Assembly (NCBI GenBank): GCA_013694695.1
Contig: JACDBX010000015.1
Location: 4,187-68,186, forward strand
Length of the DNA stretch: 64,000 bases
Source: Gemmatimonadales bacterium
GTDB taxonomy: Bacteria > Gemmatimonadota > Gemmatimonadetes > Gemmatimonadales > GWC2-71-9
Reading direction: 5' to 3'
The translations under genes were made by a program, and so were the position numbers. The notes under the pieces were generated by a model that was not told the origin of the DNA, ran no database searches, and saw nothing but the letters and a program-made list of their open reading frames with translations. Numbering within the stretch: the first letter of the stretch is position 1; each line of letters begins with the position of its first letter. Positions 55,965 to 64,000 of this stretch are shown piece after piece.

Positions 55965-57146
55965 TCAGTCGACCGAAGCCGCTATCCTAGAGATCGTTTC
56001 ACCGATCTTGTTGTTGGGGGTCGAGGCGCCAGCGGTGATTCCGACCACGCGTGCGTTGCCAAGCCACCCCGCGTCCACCGCTTCGACCTTGGTGCCGACG
56101 GGCTGGTGGCGGATGGTGCCTGCTTCGGGGTCGATTCCTGCAGCGTCCTCGATGTGGTAGGCTCGCACCCCATGGCTCCGGGCGAGGGCAGCCAGGGCGC
56201 AGGTATTCGACGAGTTGTATCCTCCCACCACGACCATCACATCGGCTGGGCGCTTGAGCATCTCGGTCACCGCGTCCTGCCGCTCCTGGGTCGCCGAGCA
56301 GATCGTGTCGAACGAGCGGAAGTGATCGGGGAGGGCGTCGGCACCGTACCGGCGAGCCATCGACTTTCCAACCTCGGCGGCGATTGCGAGGGACTCGCCC
56401 GACAGCATCGTCGTCTGGTTGGCCACCCCAACCCTGATCAGGTCGGTGGTGAAGTCGAAGCCGGGTGAGCATGCCTTGGCAAAGTGGGAGGCGAGCGCCG
56501 CGGCGGCGCCCTTCCCCTCGATGAAGTCGCACACCATCCGCGTCTCGGCCATGTCGAACACCACGAGATAGCGACCGCCATCGTGCTTCGTCACCTGGCT
56601 GGCGGTGGCCTGCGTCTCTTCGTGGTAATGCTTGCCGTGGATGATCGCCGTGTATCCATCGCGCGCGTAGCTATCGACCCGTTTCCACACATTGAGGACC
56701 GACCCGCAGGTGGTGTCGACCAGGATACAGTTGATGGTGCGAAGCCGCTGGAAGTCCCGCATTGTCACACCAAAGGCGGGAATGATCACCACGTCGTCGG
56801 TGGTGAGCATGTCGAAGTCAAAAATTCCGTCTTCGCCGGGATAGAGAAACGTGATGCCCATGGCGCTGAGCTTCTCGTTGACATGCGGATTGTGGATGAT
56901 CTCGCCCACGAGGAAGAGGCGCCGATCGGGAAACTTGGCCCGGGTTTCGTAGGCGTAATCCACTGCACGGTCGACGCCGTAACAAAAGCCAAATTCCTGG
57001 GCCAACCTGAACGTCAGCGAACCGACGACCAGTTCGTTGCCGTTGGCGCGGATCTCGTCTACGAGAGTGCTGTGATAGTCGGCTGAAAGCTGGGCATCGA
57101 TCGCGCCCTTGAGGCCGAATCCGCGGCGGAAATACGTCGATTCCAT
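55965..57146 (-). CDS. ispH: 4-hydroxy-3-methylbut-2-enyl diphosphate reductase (long form)
   Basis: 393 aa. FGFCYGVDRAV, TTCGSV (CPxV-type replaced), ICSATQERQ. Three conserved Cys regions of IspH/LytB. Confidence 0.85.
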   Translation of the reverse strand: MESTYFRRGFGLKGAIDAQLSADYHSTLVDEIRANGNELVVGSLTFRLAQEFGFCYGVDRAVDYAYETRAKFPDRRLFLVGEIIHNPHVNEKLSAMGITFLYPGEDGIFDFDMLTTDDVVIIPAFGVTMRDFQRLRTINCILVDTTCGSVLNVWKRVDSYARDGYTAIIHGKHYHEETQATASQVTKHDGGRYLVVFDMAETRMVCDFIEGKGAAAALASHFAKACSPGFDFTTDLIRVGVANQTTMLSGESLAIAAEVGKSMARRYGADALPDHFRSFDTICSATQERQDAVTEMLKRPADVMVVVGGYNSSNTCALAALARSHGVRAYHIEDAAGIDPEAGTIRHQPVGTKVEAVDAGWLGNARVVGITAGASTPNNKIGETISRIAASVD

Positions 57147-57165
57147 GAGGTAAGATAGTCCCGGG

Positions 57166-57696
57166 TCAGGGGCAGCCGACGGCTGTCGAGGTCACGGGCA
57201 GGCGAGTGAACGTGCCGCGCAGCCTCAGCGTGTCGACGGTGCCGGGCTTCTGCATCCTGACATCAAGCGTTCCAGAGGCCGTGGTCCCGATGTCGTCGAG
57301 GGTGACCGTGCCGCCGGTCGCATGAAAGCCGATGATGGTGGCCGAGTCGCGAACCCAGCGCAGCGCGACGGTGGCACCGGGGCGCGGAATCGTGCTGATG
57401 TCCGCCGGGCCCACAGCCGGGTGCGGTCCCCGCGAGAGTGTACTCGTCTCGTGCAGCACCAGCACGACGCCGGTGTCGGACGACACCCCCTGCAGCAGGC
57501 CAATCCGGTTCTCGGGGCACCAGTTGAGCGTGGCGGGGAGGATCGTGTTCCCGCGGTACCGACCACGCCAGGTGAGTGAGATCTCGCCGTTGGCGGGTTC
57601 GCCAGAGCGGTGTCGCGATTCCTCGCGCCACCACCACGCGACCGCGACGATGAGGGCCACCAGGACGACGAGCCCGACGACGCGTCGTCGGGTCAC
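57166..57696 (-). CDS. hypothetical membrane-anchored protein
   Basis: GTG 57696 overlaps the upstream TGA (GTGA). VTRRRVVGLVVLVALIVAVAWWW anchor, then a beta-rich domain. Confidence 0.45.
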   Translation of the reverse strand: MTRRRVVGLVVLVALIVAVAWWWREESRHRSGEPANGEISLTWRGRYRGNTILPATLNWCPENRIGLLQGVSSDTGVVLVLHETSTLSRGPHPAVGPADISTIPRPGATVALRWVRDSATIIGFHATGGTVTLDDIGTTASGTLDVRMQKPGTVDTLRLRGTFTRLPVTSTAVGCP

Positions 57697-59885
57697 AACG
57701 GCGACCCGAAGACGAGGTCGAACCGTGGTCCCTGCCGGGGCGCGTTGCGGAGCGGTTGGCTCAACTCGGCACGGACCAATCCGCCGACGATCGACACGCC
57801 GGCGCCTGCGCCCGCCAGGAATGGTGCAGCGGAAAAGTCGGCGAGGCGTCCCGCCTGGCCGGCATCGACGAACACGAACGGCGTGAATGCGCGCCGCCCG
57901 GGCCGGGATGCTTCGAGTTGCACCGCCCACATCGCGTCGCCGCGCGAGGTGCCGTGTTCGTACCCACGCACAGTGTGGATGCCCCCAACCGCAAAGCCCA
58001 GTTGCGGTATCACGTCGGTGCTCGACGCGCCGACACGGACGTCAGCGCTCAGCATGTTGGTCACCACCTTGGGCAGGTGCACGTCAATCGCAGCGCGGAC
58101 GCCTGCCTCGCCAGTGACCGACAGCGCATCACCGATCAGCGACCAGCTCGGGCCGTACCGTCGGTGGTCCAGGCGAAACGTCGCACCGATAGCCGGGCCT
58201 TCGCGGACGGCGGGATTGGCCGGGAAAAACCCGTCGCTCCCGACGACACGGGGGAGCGCCGCGCGCGCCGAGCTCGTAACGCGCTCGTGGTGCTCGACGA
58301 GGGCACCGATGGTGAGTTCACGGCCGCTCGACAGCGCGGTCTCGTGGGTCCAGCGCACGCCGTGCGCCAGTGCGTAATCCCCAGCGTCCCGTCCGACGAG
58401 GATGCCTCGCAATGAATTGCCGAGGGTCAGGCCACGAGCGAACGGGTCGAGGTCGACAAGGTCCCGGTAGGCCGCAACCGTCGTCCGTCCACTGGGCGCA
58501 TCACGCACCCCGGCCACGCGGGCCATGACGCGTTCATCGGCGAGGCCGTAGCGCACCGTGGCGCGCGCCTCGGTGAACGAGATCGGCACCGAAATTCGCG
58601 CGGTCGCACCCAGCGTCGTTCCCTGGACACGATTGTAGCGAATGAGGTCGGGGATCCGAGTCCAGATGAGCCCCGCTCCGGGGCGGCCAGTCATCTCACC
58701 AGGCAGCGCATCCGCCATGCGTGCGAGATCGGCGAATGCCCGGCGCAGGCGATCACGATCGGCATCGGTGTCGCCCAGCGTGAGGGAATCGCCCCATTCT
58801 GCGTAGTCGCGGAGTGAATCGGCCGGAGCACGGTGGATCTGGTAGCGCCCGCCATTGGCGAGGTACCCCGTCCGATTCCGTGGCCTCAGCGAATCCGGCG
58901 TGTCCGACCGCCGCTCATTGCGCAGCGAATCTCGCAAGGCGTCCCGCGACTCCCGGGTGGCGGCGCCACGGCGGGTGGAATCGGGAAACGGCGCATCGAA
59001 CACAACCTGCGTCCCGCGGTTGATCACATAGTCATCGAATGTCGTGCGAGCCTCGAACGGAACCACGGCGTCAACGCCGAACGGAATCGTGATGCGTCCC
59101 GACAGCACCTGACGATACGGCATCCAGTGCGCGTTGTCCTGCAGCCCGTACTCCAGATCGGCGTCGAGCTGCACGATCCGCGACACGAGCCCGCTCTCCC
59201 GTCGCGCCTTCGCGCTGTCCCGGGACGTCGCGCCCTCGGGGGTCGCCCACAGGTCGGTGCCCACGAACCGGAAGGTGAATCGGGTGACATCGCCGCTCGA
59301 CACGTCGAGCCAGAGCGTGCCGGTGACGAACGCGCCCCGGACCTGCTTCGGCGTCACGGTGACGCCGCGAATCGTCACCCGCCGACCGGCCGTGGCGATG
59401 GTGACCGAGTCGCCCGCAGCATACCGATAGAATTGGTCGGCATCAGGCGCAAGTGGATGCGGCGCAGCTCGCTCGGGCGCCTCGCTGCCGAAGACCCGGA
59501 TGGAATCGCCCAAGGTACGCGGGACGAACCAGGGGCGACCGAAGCTCGAGGTCAAGTTGACCCCCTCAATCCGACTTGCGCTCCGACGCCCATCGAGGTC
59601 GACTCGAAGGTCATTCGGCAGCGCCCACACCAATCGACCCTCCTGCTCCTCAGCGGCCACCGGTGGAACGTCCGCCCAGCGTCGCTTGCCGACGCCGAAC
59701 GACAGCCGGTAGCGCAGCGTCGCCGAATAGGATTGGACGGTCGTATCCTGCAGACGATGCCGCAACATGGCACGAGCCACCAGTTCCCGGGTGGCTCGAT
59801 CAGCGTAGGTATTGGTGTCGGCCCGGCCGGCAGGCGGATGACCGAGCAGCGTCGCCAGCGTCAGGAGGTGGACTGCTGGTCCCAT
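57693..59885 (-). CDS. Omp85/BamA-TamA-family outer-membrane protein
   Basis: C-terminal surface-antigen barrel (VRGYEHG..., FVFVDAGQ, GAGAGVSI..., ends RFDLVFGSPL). Start at Met17 (MGPAVHLLTLATLLG). Confidence 0.6.
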   Translation of the reverse strand: MGPAVHLLTLATLLGHPPAGRADTNTYADRATRELVARAMLRHRLQDTTVQSYSATLRYRLSFGVGKRRWADVPPVAAEEQEGRLVWALPNDLRVDLDGRRSASRIEGVNLTSSFGRPWFVPRTLGDSIRVFGSEAPERAAPHPLAPDADQFYRYAAGDSVTIATAGRRVTIRGVTVTPKQVRGAFVTGTLWLDVSSGDVTRFTFRFVGTDLWATPEGATSRDSAKARRESGLVSRIVQLDADLEYGLQDNAHWMPYRQVLSGRITIPFGVDAVVPFEARTTFDDYVINRGTQVVFDAPFPDSTRRGAATRESRDALRDSLRNERRSDTPDSLRPRNRTGYLANGGRYQIHRAPADSLRDYAEWGDSLTLGDTDADRDRLRRAFADLARMADALPGEMTGRPGAGLIWTRIPDLIRYNRVQGTTLGATARISVPISFTEARATVRYGLADERVMARVAGVRDAPSGRTTVAAYRDLVDLDPFARGLTLGNSLRGILVGRDAGDYALAHGVRWTHETALSSGRELTIGALVEHHERVTSSARAALPRVVGSDGFFPANPAVREGPAIGATFRLDHRRYGPSWSLIGDALSVTGEAGVRAAIDVHLPKVVTNMLSADVRVGASSTDVIPQLGFAVGGIHTVRGYEHGTSRGDAMWAVQLEASRPGRRAFTPFVFVDAGQAGRLADFSAAPFLAGAGAGVSIVGGLVRAELSQPLRNAPRQGPRFDLVFGSPL

Positions 59886-60328
59886 TTGGTCCGCCCGTCG
59901 CGATGAAGTCCGTAGGCGCGCAAGCGGCGCCATAGCGTGGTGCGGGATATTCCAAGGGTCTTGGCGGTCTCCGCGAGGCGCCAGCCGTGTGCCTCGAGGG
60001 AGCGGACAATGGCGTCTTTTTCCCGGTCGGCGAGGGTGGTGGGACCTTCCCGCCGGGGAATGAATATCGCCTCGCCGATTTCGAGTGATCCGACCCGAAG
60101 TGGCGCCAGGCGGCCGCCGAAATTAGCCAGCTCGGGAAGGAGATCGTCCTTGTCGCTGGTCTGGTCGAGGCCGGCTTCGTCAAGGACCTCACGGGCTGAT
60201 GCGTTCACGTACGTGATGCGCCCCTGCTGGTCGAAGACGATGACCCCTTCGTTGAAGGCATCGAGCAGCGCCTTCGCAAGCGGCGAGAAGACGGACGGAA
60301 GCGAGGGTGTCGTCATCGGTTGCGTCAT
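59861..60328 (-). CDS. PAS-domain + Fis-type HTH transcriptional regulator (no AAA+ module)
   Basis: LLDAFNEGVIVFDQQGRITYVNASAREVL (PAS), then REKDAIVRSLEAHGWRLAETAKTLGISRTTLWRRLRAYG (HTH_8). Confidence 0.7.
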   Translation of the reverse strand: MTQPMTTPSLPSVFSPLAKALLDAFNEGVIVFDQQGRITYVNASAREVLDEAGLDQTSDKDDLLPELANFGGRLAPLRVGSLEIGEAIFIPRREGPTTLADREKDAIVRSLEAHGWRLAETAKTLGISRTTLWRRLRAYGLHRDGRTKWDQQSTS

Positions 60329-60421
60329 ATCGGGGTATACGCCTCGGGCCGAAAAATGGTTTCATTTGTGGACATGGGCAATGGGGCCATCCCGGCACGG
60401 ATCCAGCATGACGGGGCAAAC

Positions 60422-62494
60422 ATGAGCGCTTATCCGGAAACAGTCCGTTTCACCCCTGGTCGCGTCCGGCAGGTGGCCATTCGAGCCTGGCCGCTGATCG
60501 TCGCCACCGCAGCCCTGGCGGGCGCCGGGGCGGTGTCGATCGCAGGGGTCAGCCAGATACCCGTGCCGTGGGCCGAGCCGTCGCTGTTACTCCTTGCCCT
60601 GTCAGCACTTGCGTGTGGGGGAATTGCATTGGGCAAGTCGGGCGGCGTCGAAGGTCACGAGGCCGTCGTGCGGGTCGGTGCGGCAATCGCGGTCCTGCTG
60701 GCGCTCGGGGCAGCGGCCACGCCAACGTCGCAGCCGTCGGTTCTGGCGTTCATGTTCACGTCACCCGCCCGCTACGCACTCACGCCGATCGCGGTCCATC
60801 TTGCATTCGCCATCGGGTGGCCCCACCGGCACCGTTACTGGTTCGGGATCGTGACCGGATGGTACTTCCTCCACCTGGCCATGTGGGTGGCGGTGATCGG
60901 CGGCATGACGGCGGGCGAGGCTCCGCTCGTTCAAGCGCTTGACGGCACCTTCCGGCAGTTGATCCTCGAACCAGCTGGGACGCTCATCGCCCTCGCCGCG
61001 GCCGGCATCGCCGCCGTGTCGCCGGCCCGGCGCGCATCCGAACGGCGCGCTGCGCTCTGGACCGCGGGTGCGATCGCCCTCGGGATGGTTCCCCTCGTGG
61101 CTCTCCGTTGGCTCGAAGGGCTCGAGCAGGTCGCACTTGAGGGGTTGCGCGCGACCGATCTCGCTCTCGTTGCATTCCCGCTGCTCGCGCTGGTCGGCCT
61201 TTTCTCGCTCCCGTTTCTCGATGCCGCGGTGCGCGACTCGCGTGCACTGGCGCTCGCGCAGCAGGTCCTCGACGAGGGCACCCTCCACGAAGCGCTCGGT
61301 GCGATTGCCATCGGACTGCAGCGGGAGTTCGACGCGGAAGGCTTGACCGTACGCGGCGCCGACCGGGCGACGCAAGCCAGCGTTGGCATTGCGCGAGCGA
61401 TTGATGTAGACGCGTCGCTGACGGCGGAGGCAGAGACATCGGACGACCGCAGGGTCCTGACAGCGCCGATCGGGCGGAGCAGCAGCCCGCTGGGCGAGGT
61501 GCGCCTCCAGTCGCGCCACGCTGGCGCCTACGGCCGGCGGGAACGGGAATGGCTGGTCGCGTTCCTGATACCGATCGGCACCGCGCTGCGTGCCAGAAGC
61601 CGTGAGCAGGCATGGGAAACTCGCACCCACGAACTGGCTGGCAGCCTGACCCGGGGCGCCCTGGAGTTGCACGCGGCCGCGCGCTTGCTTCCGATCGCTC
61701 CGCACGATGGTGGCATGGCTGTTCCCCCCCCTGTCGACGCCCGGGAGGTGCTGGGGCAGCTCGCCGACGGCATATCGCAGGTGTCCCACCAGGGCGACGG
61801 TCTCGAGGAACGTTCGCGTGTTGCGCGTGAGCGCGCTCGCGGTTCCACCGACCGGATCGCGAAGTCGCTGGACGCGATGCGCGGCCTTTCGGCCGACGTC
61901 CGCAGGCTTGCCGCGCACGGTGAGGATATCGACCTGAGCAATCAGTCGGTCCGAGGGGTCGCATTCCGGACCAACCTCCTCGCCAACAATGCCGCACTGG
62001 AGGCAACCAGGGCGGGCTCTGCAGGGCGCACGTTCGGGGTGCTGGCAGAAGAGATCAGGCGTCTGGCGGATGCGTCGGCATCGACGTCTGATGCGATCGG
62101 GGGCAAGACCACCGACCTCGCGCAGGAAGTGGCGGCCGTCGCCGCATCCCTCGACGAGATCGCCGCGGCGCTTTCCGAGGCGATGAGTGAGGCGGAAGCC
62201 GGGGAGGACGCCGCCCGCCAGCTCGGAACCGCCGCGGCAGACCTCGAGAGTGCGTCGCGCTCGCTTCGGCCCGCGCTGGAAGAAGCCAACGCGGTTGCGG
62301 ACCGTCGGTCAGCTCGCGACCAGCACCTCAGCACGACCCTGGAACGCTTCCTTCAGGATCGGATCGATATGGAGCGCGCCCTGGCCGCGCACCAGGAGGC
62401 GCTGAATAAGGTGGGACTGTCACTCGATCGCGGGGCTCAACACGCCGCGCCACGTCGCCAGGTCGGGACGTTGGGGCATCACCGGCCCGGCTGA
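60422..62494 (+). CDS. polytopic membrane sensor with GAF-like middle region and MCP (methyl-accepting) signalling domain
   Basis: About 8 hydrophobic segments. C-terminal FRTNLLANNAALEATRAGSAGRTFGVLAEEIRRLADAS matches the MCP hairpin-tip consensus. Start uncertain (60320, 60356 or 60422). Confidence 0.65.
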   Translation: MSAYPETVRFTPGRVRQVAIRAWPLIVATAALAGAGAVSIAGVSQIPVPWAEPSLLLLALSALACGGIALGKSGGVEGHEAVVRVGAAIAVLLALGAAATPTSQPSVLAFMFTSPARYALTPIAVHLAFAIGWPHRHRYWFGIVTGWYFLHLAMWVAVIGGMTAGEAPLVQALDGTFRQLILEPAGTLIALAAAGIAAVSPARRASERRAALWTAGAIALGMVPLVALRWLEGLEQVALEGLRATDLALVAFPLLALVGLFSLPFLDAAVRDSRALALAQQVLDEGTLHEALGAIAIGLQREFDAEGLTVRGADRATQASVGIARAIDVDASLTAEAETSDDRRVLTAPIGRSSSPLGEVRLQSRHAGAYGRREREWLVAFLIPIGTALRARSREQAWETRTHELAGSLTRGALELHAAARLLPIAPHDGGMAVPPPVDAREVLGQLADGISQVSHQGDGLEERSRVARERARGSTDRIAKSLDAMRGLSADVRRLAAHGEDIDLSNQSVRGVAFRTNLLANNAALEATRAGSAGRTFGVLAEEIRRLADASASTSDAIGGKTTDLAQEVAAVAASLDEIAAALSEAMSEAEAGEDAARQLGTAAADLESASRSLRPALEEANAVADRRSARDQHLSTTLERFLQDRIDMERALAAHQEALNKVGLSLDRGAQHAAPRRQVGTLGHHRPG

Positions 62495-64000
62495 TCAGCG
62501 GCGGCGGCCGCGCCCTCCATCCCGCCGACCGCCAGGTCCACGTCGGCCTCCCTTTCCGCCGCGTCGCGGATCGGTCCCCTGTGGGGGGCCCCCACTCCGC
62601 ATCTTCGGGCCGCGCGCCGGCTCCCGGCGGAGCAGTTCACGCAAGCCGTCGAGTGACTCCGCCTGCAGCAACGCGTCGCCACGCTGCACTGCAAAGGCGA
62701 GAGGACGATCGAGTACCGGCAGGTCGTCGGGGCGAATGCGCCGCGCCTGCCCCTGGCGCAGCATCAGGCGGACGATGGGCGTCCCGTTGCGCACTTCGTA
62801 CGTGAGCGGCGCGGTGTCGCCGTGGATCCGGATGCTGGCCGGGAGGCGATCGAGATGATCTCGGGCCACCTCCGGGACAATCGCATTCACGTCGAGCACC
62901 ACCGGCGTCTCCTGAAACCCTCCCCACGACGCGACATCAGCGAGCTGGGCACGGACCAGTTCCAGCAGCGACTCCGCCGACGCGCCTTCGAGCGCGCCAC
63001 CTGACCGGCGCCAATACTCACTCAGCAGTTCAGCGGCACGGTGAACGCGACCGCTGGAGGGATGGGCGACCTCGCCCGCAAGGAGCGCGCGCGCGAGCAG
63101 TGCCACTGCATCGGACTGGAGTGCGGCCGGGATGTCACCCTCCACGCGCTCCGTGCCCGACTCGAGCGTGAAGCCGAAGTACCGGAGCTGGCGCGACACT
63201 GCGAGGCCCTGACCCTTCCTGCCGCCATCCAGGGTCAGCCTGGCGCGCCCCCACTCGGCGTGACGCCGTATCACGTCGTGCGGAATCGTGGTGCCCTCGA
63301 TGCTCGCGCGTGCCACGCCCTGCCGATCGGCGAAATATCGGATCGATCCCGAGACGCCACCCCCGCTTCGTGCCACCGACGTCTTCGATACTCGCGCCTC
63401 GTGCCCGTCAACAGTCCGCTCGTCGATCACGAGATCGAACGGCTGGTACTGGGCAAGCAATTCGATGAATGCCCGGCGCAGCTCTCGCGTCACTGCTGGA
63501 AGCGTGGCGGGTAGGACGACATCGAGAGCGCGATACGCCGCCGCCATGCCAAGCGCACCCTCCTCAATCGCCTTCATCAGCACCCCGCGCGCGTCGGCCC
63601 ATCCCGCCAGCTCCGTCTCCTCGAACACATGGCGGGGAAGCCCATGCACGTTCGAAATCCGGCCGAATCGGTTCACCGCTTCGGCGAGCAGGTTGTAGGT
63701 GGTCAGGTGATCACTTCCGGGCACCGCGACACCGTCGAGGTTGCGTTCCTCCCGGGTCATCCGATGCAGCGAATCAATGCTGCTCGCGCCCGCCACCACG
63801 GGAAGGAGTTCAGGGCCGGCATGCAGCAGCAACTCGGCCCAGGGCCGGTCGACCGGAAGTGCCTCGACCTGGCGGCCGTAGTCGGTGAGGCGGCCGTCGG
63901 CGATGAGTCCCCGCCCGGTCAGCCGTGCCACGGCTTGCCGGTAGGCATCGCGGTCGAGCGGCACCGGCAGCTCGAGGTCGGTCGCATCGACGCCGATGGC
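62495..64000 (-). CDS. DEAH-box helicase (HrpA/HrpB-like), C-terminal part. The gene continues past the right edge.
   Basis: The frame stays open upstream of the listed Met to position 64000. HA2-like LT.YGRQVEALPVDRPWAELLL. Ends in an Arg/Gly-rich tail. Confidence 0.6.
   Translation of the reverse strand, partial: AIGVDATDLELPVPLDRDAYRQAVARLTGRGLIADGRLTDYGRQVEALPVDRPWAELLLHAGPELLPVVAGASSIDSLHRMTREERNLDGVAVPGSDHLTTYNLLAEAVNRFGRISNVHGLPRHVFEETELAGWADARGVLMKAIEEGALGMAAAYRALDVVLPATLPAVTRELRRAFIELLAQYQPFDLVIDERTVDGHEARVSKTSVARSGGGVSGSIRYFADRQGVARASIEGTTIPHDVIRRHAEWGRARLTLDGGRKGQGLAVSRQLRYFGFTLESGTERVEGDIPAALQSDAVALLARALLAGEVAHPSSGRVHRAAELLSEYWRRSGGALEGASAESLLELVRAQLADVASWGGFQETPVVLDVNAIVPEVARDHLDRLPASIRIHGDTAPLTYEVRNGTPIVRLMLRQGQARRIRPDDLPVLDRPLAFAVQRGDALLQAESLDGLRELLRREPARGPKMRSGGPPQGTDPRRGGKGGRRGPGGRRDGGRGRRR

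Overview
GC-rich (about two-thirds G+C by eye) bacterial chromosomal segment with about 60 tightly packed protein genes. I found no rRNA, tRNA, CRISPR array, transposase or integrase. A PEP-CTERM protein, a GWxTD-family protein and many lipoproteins and outer-membrane proteins suggest a Gemmatimonadota-like Gram-negative, but that is a guess. Main blocks, left to right: (1) LD-carboxypeptidase, then on the + strand a small helical protein, a 980-aa PglX/Eco57I-like N6-adenine methyltransferase, an SNF2 helicase and a HAD phosphatase. (2) A ten-gene minus-strand arginine operon (argG, two unknown ORFs, argC, argD, argF', argB, argE, argH, argR), chained by stop/start overlaps and preceded by a perfect ARG-box-like palindrome. 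(3) Envelope genes (GWxTD, beta-barrel, OmpA/Big_2), an AI-2E transporter, TesA-YbbA-YbbP, a zinc metalloprotease and FabI. (4) A PEP-CTERM protein and a caa3-type cytochrome oxidase operon. (5) VanX-like dipeptidase, GreA, FKBP, acyltransferase, topoisomerase IB, carbonic anhydrase, OsmC and a HerA-like ATPase. (6) A cobalamin riboswitch with a BtuB-like TonB receptor. (7) Acyl-CoA dehydrogenase, M28 peptidase, dodecin, ABC-F, TetR and IspH. (8) An Omp85-family protein, a PAS-Fis regulator, a polytopic MCP-domain sensor and the 3' part of a DEAH helicase. The best candidate for an undescribed system is the methyltransferase + SNF2 helicase pair (1808-6848). It has no recognisable nuclease and none of the other BREX or DISARM core genes. 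The second candidate is the P-loop + 77-aa ORF pair inside an arginine operon that lacks argA/argJ. All family calls rest on motifs I recognised by eye in the translations. No database search was run.
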